Both the position numbers and the translations under genes were made by a program. A DNA stretch of 61,076 bases, the filler included, from Malassezia furfur (taxonomy: Eukaryota), in the NCBI GenBank assembly GCA_052055015.1. It is 5 parts of 5 records of this genome, joined end to end, with 100 filler letters (N's around TTAATTAATTAA, not from the genome) between each part and the next. Parts side by side here need not be neighbours in the genome. Positions count along the whole stretch, not along the records: positions 24,620 to 36,741 come from JBQJIT010000342.1; positions 36,842 to 48,911 come from JBQJIT010000343.1; 3 more parts are not named here. One strand, written 5' to 3'. Positions within the stretch are counted from its first letter, which is position 1. The number at the start of each line of letters is the position of its first letter. This document shows, piece after piece, positions 33,140-44,373 of this stretch. The notes under the pieces were generated by a model. That model was not told the DNA's origin. It saw only the letters and a list, made by a program, of their open reading frames with translations, and ran no database searches.

Positions 33140-34206
33140 ATGAGCGTGGCAGCGCAGGTGGGCCTCTTTGCCGGCGGCGCGGTGCTGGGTGGAAGCGTCG
33201 CGTATTTCGCGCAGCGTTCGAGCGCTAAGCCGAGCGCCGTGCCCGCAGCGACCGTTCCCGCAGGTCCGGCTGCACCGGTACCGGCGCCGGCCGCGGCACC
33301 CGTCGCAGCGCCGACCGCAGCGCCGACCGCAGCCGCCGTCGCGCCTGTGTCGGACGCGCTGGCGCTGTCGGGCAACCCGGGCCCTGTCGACCAGCTGCTC
33401 CGGCACCAAGGCTACGTGTCGTCGTACGACCGCCGCCTGCGCCACCCCAACTGGACCGCCGAGCACCTCACCGCCGCGTCGATCCAGCGCAAGCCAGGCC
33501 CGGACGGGGCGAACCGTGCCAACTCGTTCTTTAGCGAAGATATGCGCATCCCCGAGCTCTTCCGCTCGACCAACGCGGCCTACTTCCGCTCGGGCTACGA
33601 TCGTGGACATATGGTGCCGGCGGCCGACGTCAAGTCGAGCCAGGCGGCGATGAATGAGACGTTCCTGCTGAGCAACATTGCGCCGCAGGTGGGTGCAGGC
33701 ATGAACCGCGACTACTGGGCGCACACGGAAGACTTTGTGCGCCGCCTCACGAGCAAGTTTGACGATCTTTACGTGTTCACCATCCCGCTGTACCTGCCGC
33801 GCCAGACGTCGGACGGCAAATGGCGTGTGTCGTACGAGGTGATTGGCTCGCCGCCGAGTGTGTCGGTGCCGACGCACTTTGCCAAGGTGATCCTCGGCAC
33901 GGGCCTCAAGGCGAGCGAGGGTTCGCTGATCGCCAAGGCCGGCCTGGGCGGCGCGCCCATGGCGCTCGGCGCGTTTGTGGTGCCCAACAGCATGATTCCG
34001 GACTCGGCGCCGCTGCGCAGCTTTGAGACGGACGGTACGTTGCGTGGAGTGCTGACCCAGTCGAAAGTGTGGAGCGCGCCGCCGGCCTTACGCTCTTCCC
34101 GCCGGCGATCAAGCAGGCGTCCAAAAAGCTGTGTGATACAGTCAAGTGCGAGATCATCGTGCGCGACTTTTCCAATGCGAACAAGCAGCTCACAAATAGG
34201 AGTTAG
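33140..34206 (+). CDS. NUC1: Mitochondrial nuclease (endonuclease G); intron 34035-34060
   Basis: SGYDRGHMVPAAD, ETFLLSNIAPQVG and VPTHFAKVI motifs. Spliced C-terminus VESVERAAGLTLF...KLCDTVKC.IIVRDF. Confidence 0.93.
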
Positions 34207-34673
34207 TGAAACGACACGCGCTTCTTGGGTGCAGCGTCGCGGCGTATGCTCGGCGACTTGAGGATGGGGCGCGGTCCATCGCCAGGCGCAGAGGCGTCGG
34301 CGTCGCCCGGTGCATCGGCGTCGTCGGCGCCCTCGTCGCGGTGCCGGCGGTGGCTCTTGCGCTCGCGCGATTTTTGCCGGCGCTTTTCCCGCAGGAGCGC
34401 GAGCATGGCGGCGCGTGTCGGCGTTTCGCTCGACTTTTTGGCCTCCATCTTCTTCTTGCGGCGCTCCTTTTCCGACTCCTTGCGCTGGGCAAGCGCCGCG
34501 TGCGTGCGGTCGACGCGGTGCTGGTATTCGGTGTCGGTTTTGTCGACGGCGTGCTGGCTGAGCGCGAGGAGGTGCGCCATGCCCTGGTCCTCGGTGAACT
34601 TCTTGGGCTGCTTCCCGGGACCGGGCGCGCGCTTGGGCGTCTTGCGCTCGCGGGCAGCTTGGCGCGGCGGCAT
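34203..34673 (-). CDS. Small basic protein, Loc1-like 60S biogenesis factor
   Basis: Lys/Arg-rich, KKFTEDQG..HLLAL plus a coiled coil, ending KKRVSFH. An upstream A8-GTTT tract resembles a ribosome-biogenesis element. Start inferred at MPPRQAA. Confidence 0.5.
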   Translation of the reverse strand: MPPRQAARERKTPKRAPGPGKQPKKFTEDQGMAHLLALSQHAVDKTDTEYQHRVDRTHAALAQRKESEKERRKKKMEAKKSSETPTRAAMLALLREKRRQKSRERKSHRRHRDEGADDADAPGDADASAPGDGPRPILKSPSIRRDAAPKKRVSFH

Positions 34674-34772
34674 CGGCGTCGGGGCGAACGAGCGCAAACT
34701 TTTTTTTGGTGCGACCGCGGTGGAGGGCGCCTTGGCAGCGGCGCCGCACCCTCGGGTTTCGCCCCGCGGACC

Positions 34773-35877
34773 ATGTGGAGAAAGGACCGGTGCGACCTGC
34801 CGCACAACGGCCCCGCGTTTGCGGCCGCGGCCGTGGTGTGTGTGGGTGTGGTACTGTCGTACATCCCCCAGGCGATGCGTATTCACCTCTCGCGCTCGTC
34901 CGTGGGCCTGTCGCCGTGGTTCCTGTTCCTGGGCGCGACGTCGAGTGCGTGTGCCATGTTCAATGTGATTGTGCTGCAGTGGCCGATTGTGCGATGCTGT
35001 GCATCGCTGAGCGCCCTAAGCTGTCTGGAGCACATGATGGGCATTCTGCAGGTGTCGCTGCAGTGGCTCATGTTCACGGCCATGTACGTACGGTATGGAC
35101 TCACGCAGCTTTGTGCTCTTCCTTGTGTACTACGTCGTGGACGACTCGCCGCTCCGCCGCGCGCGGCGCACGCGCCCGCGGGAGCATGCGCCGCGCGAGA
35201 CGGACCGCCTGCACCCGCACGCCGATGCGGACGACGGCCAGGAGTCGTCGGCGTCCGAGAGCGACCTGGAGGAGATCCACTCGCACTTCCACCAGACCTA
35301 CGGTGCGGTGTCGCGCGACGTCGACATCCGCCCCCACGAGACGCACGCGGAGCGCGACCACACGACGTACAGCAACATTCCCCGCGCGATGCGCCGCATC
35401 CTCGAGGTGTACTACCTGCCCGGCGAGCAGGAAGAGATCACGGGCAAGACGGGCACCGTGCAGGAATGGCACCTCGGCACGACGCTCGCGTGGATCACCG
35501 CCGGCTTCTGGGTGTTTTGTGTGGTGGTGACCACGGCGCTCCTCGCGACGCACGCGCACCACCGCTACATCCGGCACTGGGCGCGCTTCCTGGGGATCAC
35601 CGGCACGGTGCTCGCCGTGCTGCAGTACCTGCCGCAGATTGTGCACACGGCACGTGCGCGGCTCGTGCGCAGTCTGAGCATCCCGACGATGCTTTTGCAG
35701 GTGCCCGGCATGGTGCTGTTCGTGTATGCGCTGGCGTCGGGCGAGGGCCCCGACTGGACGTCACTGCTGGCGTACATTGCGGCCGGCACGCTGCAGGCGA
35801 TCCTGCTCGTGCTGTGCCTGTGTTGGCGCGTGCGGCAGGCGCGGCTGCATATCGACGACTACGGTAACCCACTCTAG
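34773..35877 (+). CDS. PQ-loop repeat membrane protein; intron 35084-35108
   Basis: Two PQ motifs (SYIPQ...SSVGLSPWFL and QYLPQI...SLSIPTM) and about seven hydrophobic helices. Confidence 0.85.
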
Positions 35878-36741
35878 GGTTGCAGCTGCGCAAGGTCCGC
35901 ACACACCGTCGTCACGCGTGCCTCGGGCGCGCGTGTCGCCCATGCCTGGGCGAGGTCGAGGGCGGTGCGGCGCGACGCGGCGCTCAGTGCGGCGCCCGCC
36001 GAGGAGTAGAGCTAATGGTTAGACAACAGAACGTACCAAGTTTCCGAGAGCCATCAGCGCGCGGTACGCCGTCTCGCTGTCGCTGTCCGAGGCGAGCACC
36101 TCGGTGATGAGCGCGAGCAGCAGCTCGCCCTGCGCAAACGACGCCGAGCGCACCGCGAGCACGGAGAAGTTGAGCGCGATCGTCGCGAGCGCAATGCGCG
36201 CGTTTTTGTTCAGCACGTCCCACGGCGGCTGCTGCAGCGTCGCGAGCGTCTCGAGCGCCATGTCGCCGACGGCCTCGGCGCCGCGCGGCGCCACAAAGCC
36301 GTTCGCGAGCGTGCGCAGCGCGAGCATCGCGTTCGTCTCGGCGGCCTTGCGGTCCGCCTGCGTCGCGAGACCGTCCCAGTCGGCGCCGACGAGCGCGTCG
36401 GTCGCAAACGTCGCAAACGGCGCGGCACTCGGCTTCGCCGCCGCGACACGCAGCAGGTCGAGCAGCGGGAAGCGCTTCGCGACCGGCCACGTCGACAGCA
36501 GCGTGCCCACGACGTCGATGCGCGTCGGTGCGCCGCTTTGCAGCGCTTCGACGAGCGCGTCGAGCGCCGCGGCTTGCGCGTCCGACAGCGGCGCATCGGC
36601 GCCCGCGAGCTCGGCGATCTTGGCGCGCGCCGCGTCGACGTTCGCCTGGCCGAACGCGAGGTACTGCTGGTGCGGCAGCACCTGCAGCTGGCGCGCGGCG
36701 CTCGTCAGCCCGCCGCCGCCCGTGAAGGGGTCGAGGGGCGC
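35874..36741 (-). CDS. DOA1: Doa1/Ufd3/PLAA C-terminal PUL domain (5' truncated); intron 36012-36036
   Basis: DPFTGG...LP...YL.F..AN, WP...RFPLLDLLR, N.MLALR.LAN.F, ALAT..LN.SV and DSE..YR.L.ALGNL motifs. Confidence 0.85.
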
Positions 36742-36841
36742 NNNNNNNNNNNNNNNNNNNNNNNNNNNNNNNNNNNNNNNNNNNNTTAATTAATTAANNN
36801 NNNNNNNNNNNNNNNNNNNNNNNNNNNNNNNNNNNNNNNNN
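36742..36841. other. Artificial contig linker
   Basis: N44-TTAATTAATTAA-N44. Confidence 0.97.
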
Positions 36842-37111
36842 AAGGACGGGTGAATACACCTGAATGGTATAAGCACACGGCCACCTGGACCGTCACTGTA
36901 CCACGTCCACACTAGCGAGACACAGGCGAAAGCTCGGCCAGCAATTTGCCATCATGAAACACATGAGTGCAGCATCGACGGTGCCAGTCCCATAGCTCTT
37001 CTTGCCATTGGTCGATAATACATGCAAGCAGTCCGTTGCAGGATAAATCTTCTGAAACAAGTCGTAACATCGCCATGCGCGGTGTTTTTTTTGGGTGTAC
37101 AGACGGAAAAT

Positions 37112-37740
37112 TTACTGCTTCTCCTCGGCCTCGTTCTCGACGGCGAGGATAGCCGCACGCTTCTCGGCAATGCGCTGAGCACGGCGCTCGCGCAGGTTCT
37201 TGTTGCGGAGACGGCGGGCCTCCATCTGGTCGGCAAGGTGCTTCGACCGCTGCTTCTCGGCCTTCGCCTTGTGGATGTGCTCCATGAGAACGCGCTTGTT
37301 CTTGAACACGTTACCCTTCGACTTCAGGTAGAGCTCGTGGTACCTGAGTGGTTAGAACCGGTATTCCTCGCAAGTGATACGTACAGGTGCTTGTCGATCT
37401 TGCCAGCCTCACGGTACTTCCGGAGCAGGCGGCGCAGCACACGCTGGCGGCGCATCCACTGGACCTTGGTCGGGAAGCGGGCCTCGGCGGTACCCTTGCG
37501 CTTACCGTAGCCAGTGTGACGGCCGACACGCTTGGCGGCGTGTAGGCGGCGAGTGCGCTCACGCGAGGCGCTCCCGACGGGCTTCTTAATGATCTGGCCA
37601 TCCTTGATGAGCTTGCGAACATTGGCACGCGAGTTCGCGTTCGCAATGTCGGTCTGCTCAGCCGGGTCAAGCCAAATCTTGCGCTTGCCCACACCAAGGA
37701 CGGACGCAGCCAGACGCCTTTGAATAGTAAGATTGACCAT
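37112..37740 (-). CDS. RPL19: 60S ribosomal protein eL19; intron 37344-37384 and probable 5'UTR intron ~37745-37789
   Basis: [26 protein letters not shown]...[10 protein letters not shown]...[30 protein letters not shown]. Confidence 0.97.
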
Positions 37741-38081
37741 GGCTGTGCTGTGTTAGTGTCTGTTGAGCAAAACACTAAGAATCACACACCTTCGGTTGCG
37801 TGTCTTGTGGTTAGGAGGAAGGGACAAGAGACAGCCGCTAGGGGAAAGGGCGAACGCAAAAACTCCTCGGCCGCCGCAGAGCCCCAAACAAAAGCCTTAC
37901 AGGCTCCTCCCAACATGTCACGCGCCGAACTGGTGATGGCGACATGCACGTGACCCTCTATATAGTACTTGGGTCGATTTGTGCAGGGGGGTGATTGGGT
38001 GCCGTGCCAGGGGCTCAGAACGACTCGGCTTTTCGCACGCCTCGCCACTTTCACCTAACACTACGTTGATATACGTTCAGC

Positions 38082-38419
38082 ATGGTATGTTGGAAGCACG
38101 GCGCTTTGGGACCAGGTGCTGACCACGTAACAGCCTCTTACCGTTGACCTCGTGAATCCCTCTCAGGAGCAGCAGGCGCGCTGCCACAAGCTCAAGCGCG
38201 TGGTCCAGAACCCCAACTCGTTCTTCATGGACGTGAAGTGCCCTGGCTGCTTCGCCATCACCACTGTCTTCTCGCACGCCCAGTCGGTCGTCCTCTGCGG
38301 CAGCTGTGCTCAGGTCCTGAGCCAGCCCACTGGTGGCAAGGCCCGTCTCGCTGTCGGTACGTAACTCGCCTCCCTCTCCTGCTAACACGACAGGCTGCTC
38401 GTTCCGTCGCAAGGCGTAA
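38082..38419 (+). CDS. RPS27: 40S ribosomal protein eS27; introns 38085-38133 and 38357-38393
   Basis: [10 protein letters not shown]...[22 protein letters not shown]...PTGGKARL..|GCSFRRK. Confidence 0.96.
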
Positions 38420-38608
38420 ACGACTGGCGCTTTGTACGAATCGCTGTTTCGCATTCGTTTCTTTCCGCCAAAGATCCAAAAAAAATGCCGTTTGGATGGA
38501 CGGTCACCCATATTCTTGACATGTTGCCCTGGGCGAGCAATATTATAGCCTATTCCCTATAGGTCTCGCAACGACCCATGTTTCACGGACCGACGGATTG
38601 GCCGCACC

Positions 38609-39704
38609 TCACTGCGCGCGTCCTCCTCGTGTAGGGTCGCGATGTGCTAGTGCAACAAGCATGTTCCAAAAGATGTCAGTGTGCAACAACGCATCGTGCG
38701 TGCCCTGCCAAGACTGTGTCAGTTTGCGTTCCCTGGGTGTTGTATACGCACCGTCAGATGTACCCAGTCCAGCTGGATGGCGCTTGGCACACCGTGCAAG
38801 GTGCCGTGAAGCATCTCTGCCACGGACGGCTCAGCACGATTCCCTCGATAACTGTAGGCCGATGCGGCCGAATTGTCCTCGGGCACGGGGATCTGAATAG
38901 CTTGGGCCACCTCGTCCGGTCCCCGAAGCTGGGCAAACCGCTCGAGCACAGCGCATGGCTGCGCTATGCTGAGCAGCTCGTCTTCGGGGGAATGCAAAAC
39001 AAGCACCTTGATGCGTTTTCGCGCATTCTCCGTCCATTTCCACGCCCGACTCGAAACCCCACGGTACGCGGCAGGGTCGTTCGTGGATGTACGTAGGGCA
39101 TTGGATACAAATCCATGGTATTCCGGGTATTCTTCCAACATCGCTTCCACATCGAAGATTCCATCCTGAGGTCAAATAGGGCATGCATACCACAAGAACA
39201 ATCTTATCAATGGCCGATCGCACAGATGCATCGAGAACGGGCATTGTAAGTGCATTTTTAGGCAGAGAAATTGATGCATCGGGTTCCATCACCGACGCTA
39301 ACGCCATCCAGGCGCCGACTGAGTGACCCACCAATATGAGACGCCGTGAGTCGTAGGGATACCCATGTGCATTTTGCACTAGAAAATGCAGCGCGTCGTA
39401 TACATCCAGGATATGATCCGGATGCTGAATTTCAGGCGCATCCTCCGTAGAGAGTCGATACTCGACCAACGCAACCGCTATGTTCTCGGACTGGGTCAAT
39501 CCCTCCGCCAAGTCGTGGAATTCCTTCTTGTCTCCGGTTCGCCAGGCACCCCTGCGTGAGAACAAATACTTACCCATGCACGAAAACGAGAAGCGTAGCA
39601 GGTTGTGTGCCAGACGCCGTACTGGGGAAGAAGAGATCCAGCGACTGGCGCGCACATGCCCCGTCGCGGTATCGCACGTCCAGGAACGTATGCGGAGGGG
39701 CCAT
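38609..39704 (-). CDS. BNA7: Kynurenine formamidase-like alpha/beta hydrolase; introns 39552-39573, 39166-39190 and one near 38706-38752
   Basis: Spliced LLVFVHG|GAW, VEYRLS, HPDHILD, GHSVGA, DGIFD, HSPEDEL and GTHD motifs. The last acceptor is ambiguous. Confidence 0.75.
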
Positions 39705-39736
39705 CGAAGTGTGGAGGTGTGTTGGAAATTTTGTCC

Positions 39737-40609
39737 ATGGCCGAACCTGGTGCAGTTGAGGAGCTTCCTGAGTCGCGATTGGGGACCAAAGAGCACTGGG
39801 ACCACGTCTACGCGTACGTACTAGGTTTAAACAAGTCGCGAGATCGATACGTACAAGGAAATTGGCGATGAAGGCGAGGTCTGGTAAGGGTCTTGTGTCT
39901 GACCCAGGTTTGGCGAAGACAGTGTCGAGCGCATGATCGCGTATCTGATTGAGCTATTGGAGGAGGATCCATTCCAGCACGCACCCTATGTACTTGATTT
40001 GGGGACAGGCAACGGACATCTTTTGTTCTCGCTACTTGAAGCACAGGATGAGCTGCCGAGCGATGCGCTCGACCCTCAGCGATTGTGTGGGGTGGACTAT
40101 TCACCCGCCTCGATTGATCTTGCACGCACGATTGCGAAGAAGCGCGGTGATGGATGCGAGGCAATCGTGTTCGATGAGGCCGACCTGCGTGATCATCAGC
40201 GTGTCGCACGCCTTAAGCAAGACGCGAACTCAGGAGAGGGGTGGGACATTGTGTGCGACAAAGGCACTGTACGTCTGTGGAGCTGACCCAGTTTGACGCT
40301 GTACGTTTGTCTTAAACTGACGCTAGATTGCGCTCTCGTCTCAGCCGGTGCACGGCAAGCTACCTGTGGATCTCTACGTGGAGGCGGTCGTGCAGCTGAC
40401 GCGTCGGGAGCCGACCGATCGTCCTGGCATCTTTTTCATTACGAGCTGTAATTTCACTCAGGAAGAGCTGGAGCGCAAGTTTGTGCCAGCAGGATTTGCC
40501 GTGGAGCACGTCGTGCCCGCGCCGATGTTCATGTTTGTGCGTCGCTCCGCTTACGCAGGGCGGCCAAAAAGGTTCCACCGTCACGACCGTGGCCTTCCGG
40601 CGGACATAG
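39737..40609 (+). CDS. EFM4: Elongation-factor protein-lysine N-methyltransferase; 5 introns (39814-39835, 39884-39907, 40269-40291, 40301-40326, 40537-40558)
   Basis: SRLGTKEHWD, GDEGEVWFGED, VLDLGTGNGHLL, DKGT|FDA|IAL, ITSCNFT.EEL and F.F|GG.KGS motifs. Confidence 0.92.
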
Positions 40610-40652
40610 ATCACGTGATAGATACGAAGGTTGTCGTCTGCCTGTCGTCGCG

Positions 40653-41114
40653 ATGCCGTCGTATGGAGACCTGTGCGTGCGTCTGCAGAACGCGTCGCGT
40701 GCGAAGCTGAAGTCGGTTCCGATTGCGAATACCAAGGCGAATCTATGGATCACATCAATTCTCCTGCAACATGGATTTATTTACAATGTGACGCGCGGCA
40801 CCATTGCAGGTCCGAGTGCCGTCGACTGGAATAGCGCGCCCGATGTGCGGCGGCGACTGTGGGTGGATTTGAAGTACCGCTCAGACGACCGCCCTGTTCT
40901 GGAACGTATGAACCTCGTGAGCAAGCCGTCGCGTCGGCTGTCGATGACCAGCGAAGAGCTTTTGCGCTGGGTGACCGGTCGCCGGGCCAAGTTTGTGACG
41001 CCGCTTCGTGCGGGTGAGATTGGCATCATTGACTGCGGCAAAGACGGATGGTTCGAGGCAAAAGAGGCGATGCGCCGCAAACTCACGGGCGAGGTGGTTT
41101 GCCGCGTGTCCTGA
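40653..41114 (+). CDS. MRPS8: Mitochondrial ribosomal protein uS8m
   Basis: DLC..LQNASRA, LWVDLKY, LVSKPSRR and GEVVCRV motifs. Confidence 0.9.
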   Translation: MPSYGDLCVRLQNASRAKLKSVPIANTKANLWITSILLQHGFIYNVTRGTIAGPSAVDWNSAPDVRRRLWVDLKYRSDDRPVLERMNLVSKPSRRLSMTSEELLRWVTGRRAKFVTPLRAGEIGIIDCGKDGWFEAKEAMRRKLTGEVVCRVS

Positions 41115-41259
41115 TACCACGGATGCTTGTACGGAGCGTCCTCCAGCGCCGACGCCTGTCCCACCTGTCGTACGGCGCCTCTCTTAGAACGAGCCAAAAT
41201 ATTTGATTGAGCAAATAGTTGCCATGTTTATGAACCAATCTGGCCAACTCTATTCTGGC

Positions 41260-42576
41260 TTACTGCTGCGTCTCCGCCTTCTGCACTGCCGCCTGGGCAG
41301 CCTCGTCGAGGTGGTCGAACGCGAAGATCTTCAGACCCGAGTTCCTGATGAGCTCCTTGGCCTCGGCCTCCTTGGTGCCCTGCAAGCGGACAACGAGAGG
41401 AATGGTGAGCTGCAGCTCCTTAGTGGCCTGGATAATGCCCTCCGCGATGATGTCGCAGCGCATGATACCACCAAAGATGTTGACAAAGATCGCACGCACG
41501 TCCTTGCTCTGCAGCAGCAGCTCAAACGCCTTCTTGACCGCAGCGGCGTTTGCGCCACCGCCGACATCCAGGAAGTTGGCGGGCTTGCCACCCTTGAGCG
41601 AGAGCACGTCGAGCGTGGCCATCGCCAGACCGGCACCGTTGACCAGGCAGCCAATGTTGCCGTCCAGCTTGATGAAGTTCAGGCCGTACTTGCCAGCCTC
41701 GACCTCGCTCGCGTCCTCCTGCGTGGTGTCGCGCAGCTTGAACACGTCCTCCTGGCGGAAGTCGGCGTTGTCATCAAAGCCGAGCTTGGCGTCCAGGCAG
41801 AGCACCGCACCGTCCTTGGTCTCCACCAGGGGGTTGATCTCGACCTGCGTGGCATCCTTCTGGTCGAAGAGCTTGTACAGGTTCACAAACGTCTCGGCAG
41901 CCTCCTTCTCGAGCTTGGGGCTCGAGAAGCCGAGCTTGTGCGCGACCTCCTCAGCGGCCTTCAGGTCGAGGCCCTTGGTGTAGTCGATCGGCGTCGTGAT
42001 GATCGCATCCGGGTTCTCCTTCGCGACATCCTCGATCGACATACCACCCTGGTTCGACGTGATGAGCACGGGGAGCTGCGTCACGCGGTCGTTGAGGATC
42101 GCGGCGTAGTACTCGTGCGCCGGAGCACGGGCCTCAGCGATCATGACAGCGTTGCAAACGCGACCAGCGGCGCCCGTCTGCTTGGTGATCAGCTTGGAGC
42201 CGATCATCTTCTGGGCGAGGTCGCGAACCTCTTCCGGACTGCGTCAGTGGGGGGGCAAAAATACGCACGTCTTCACCAGGTGGACACCGCCCTGCAGGCC
42301 GTTGTCAAAGTGGCCTTTGCCACGGCCACCAGCAAGCACCTGCGCCTTGATCACGACGGACTCGCCGTTGAACTTCTTAGCGGCCTCGTACGCCTCCTCC
42401 GGCGTCTTGGCGGGGATAAACTTGGGCGTATCGATGCCGAACTTGTTCAGCATACCCATGGACAGGTACTCGTGGATCGACAGAAAACGCTTCTGCGTGG
42501 CGGCCGCAGGGCCAGCACGCAGCATGCTGTTCGCCATCGAGGCACGCGAACGGAACAGGTTGTATGCACGGATCAT
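41260..42576 (-). CDS. LSC2: Succinyl-CoA ligase beta subunit, mitochondrial; intron 42239-42268
   Basis: [51 protein letters not shown] and [10 protein letters not shown] motifs. Confidence 0.96.
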
Positions 42577-42694
42577 GGCAGTCGTCGTTAGTCGCTGAAC
42601 AACTCAAATCCGCGCTACGGTGGCCGGGACGCCAGATCACGTGGGGTACCGCGGAACTTTTTTCGTTTGGCACGAGGGCTTTTTGCGTAGCGGG

Positions 42695-43494
42695 ATGGTG
42701 AAACCGGTCCCGGGCGCATCGAAGCTGCGCGTGTCGCTCGCGCAGGGCGCAGCGGCGCAAAAAGCGGCATCCAAGCGCAAAGCCAACGCAAAGGAGGACT
42801 CGGATGAGGCGATCAGCGATGAGAATTTGTCGCAGGACGACGAGACCGAGGATGACGCAAACGACACCGGAGACGACTGGGACGCGCAGGGCGACAAGCA
42901 TAGCAAAAAGACGACCAGTACGTACGCTATTCAGCTGACACAGAACGCAAGCGAAGAGCCGTGTCGCCAACGCAGTTCGGTGAGGTGATGGAGGGCCTGC
43001 TGGGTGGCAAAGAGACGACGGCGACGAAGCCCACGGCGTCCTCGATTCTGTCGCTCGCCCCGAGCGTGCGCCGCACAGCCAACAGCACGACGCTACGTGC
43101 GAAAGCGGCGCGCATGGCGCTTGAAAAGCGGCGTGAACGTGAAGAACGTGCACATGTGCGTGACGTGATCGGCGACTGGCTGCCCCCCGGCGTCCTGCCG
43201 GGCCAGACAGTCGACCAAAACACGCCGCAGATGATCGAGTGGACCGAGCAGGGTGGTGCGAAGGGATACGAGCGCCGCCTGCGCAAAGTTGCGCAGCGTG
43301 GTGTCGTGAAGCTCTTCAATGCGATCCGCGCGGCGCAAGAGACGTCGGTCGACGACGTGGACAAAGCGCGCGCACTCAAGCGCAAGAGCAACAAGACCAA
43401 CGCACTGGGCAACTCGGAGCGTGCCGTGAACGAACTAAGCAAGAGCAACTTTTTGGACCTGCTGCGCAGCGCCCCCAAGGGCACGTCTGCGTGA
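42695..43494 (+). CDS. RRP15: rRNA-processing protein Rrp15; intron 42918-42943
   Basis: ILSL, ERRLRKVAQRGVVKLFNAIR and LSK.NFLDLL motifs. Acidic N-terminus. Confidence 0.88.
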
Positions 43495-43518
43495 ACGATC
43501 AAATAGGATGTACAGTAA

Positions 43519-44263
43519 CTATGCAGAAGCCGCATCGAGCTGCGCGAGTTCGCGCTCGACTTGGCGCGCGCGCCGCTGATACTCTTCGATCTCGGCAGCC
43601 GCGGTGAGGTTCGCGGCGCGAATCGAGAGGTTTTTGGAAACAAGCGCGGCCCAGCGCGACTCAAGCGTAGAGAGCTTGTCGCCAATGGCGAGCTGTGCCT
43701 CCTTCCGAGCACGGTTTACCTCGGTGGTCGACTCTTCCACCGTCTTTCCCGCCTGTGTCTGGAGCTGGAGCATGGCCTCCTGGTCATAGTTGTGCAAGCG
43801 CCAAACGTTCGCTGGGTGAGTGGATTCACATACGTCCATACCGCCGAAGCAGCTCGATGTTTTTCAACCTGCGTCAGTCGGCATCCACGCACCGTCCGTC
43901 CATGTGCGCGAGCTGCACCTCGGCGTTTCGGACGCTTTGCTCCCACGCCTCTTCCGGCGCCTTGAGCCCCTGCGCAGGCGCATTCAGCTGGTATCTCGAC
44001 GTGTCTAGCGCTTCCCATTTCTCACCATGCTCGGCGCGCGCGAGCTCTTCGGCGAGCAGCCCCGACACCGCGTGTGCCGGGGGAAGGAGCGTATGGGGAT
44101 CGTAGTTCAGGCGCTTCTTTTCGGCCTCGATCTCTTGATCGACGAGCTCACGCATATGCGGAATGGTATCGATCTCCCGGTCATAGTAAGGGAGCGCATC
44201 GGTGTATGGGAGTTGTAGCACCACAGGCCGCGCGCCCGTCGGTTCCGTCGGCGCCATCTCCAT
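43519..44263 (-). CDS. SPF27: Pre-mRNA splicing factor Spf27/BCAS2/Cwf7; introns 43869-43892 and 43812-43833
   Basis: DALPYYD, LDTSRY.L, R|LKNIELL..YG|PNVWR.HN, VN..RK..Q and L..LE.RW..LV.KN motifs. Confidence 0.88.
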
Positions 44264-44373
44264 CGCGGCGGACGGCGAGCGGCCACGCGGCGTTGTATTA
44301 CGTAATTTCCTATTGGTCAGCTACACCGGCGATTGCAAATGTCCCGCCCAACTTGATCCTTCGTGTGTACGCA

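Noticed and set aside
36842..37110. Unassigned sequence at the start of contig 4
   Set aside because: It is too short and motif-free, probably a gene 3' end plus the RPL19 3'UTR.
39736..39739. Apparently overlapping divergent start codons (CCATGG) for BNA7 and EFM4
   Set aside because: The minus-strand ATG at 39738 is out of frame with the HGGAW motif. The in-frame start is 39704.
38420..40600. Visibly lower GC around BNA7/EFM4 as a horizontally acquired island
   Set aside because: The genes are ordinary fungal orthologues with native micro-introns, and no mobility signatures are present.
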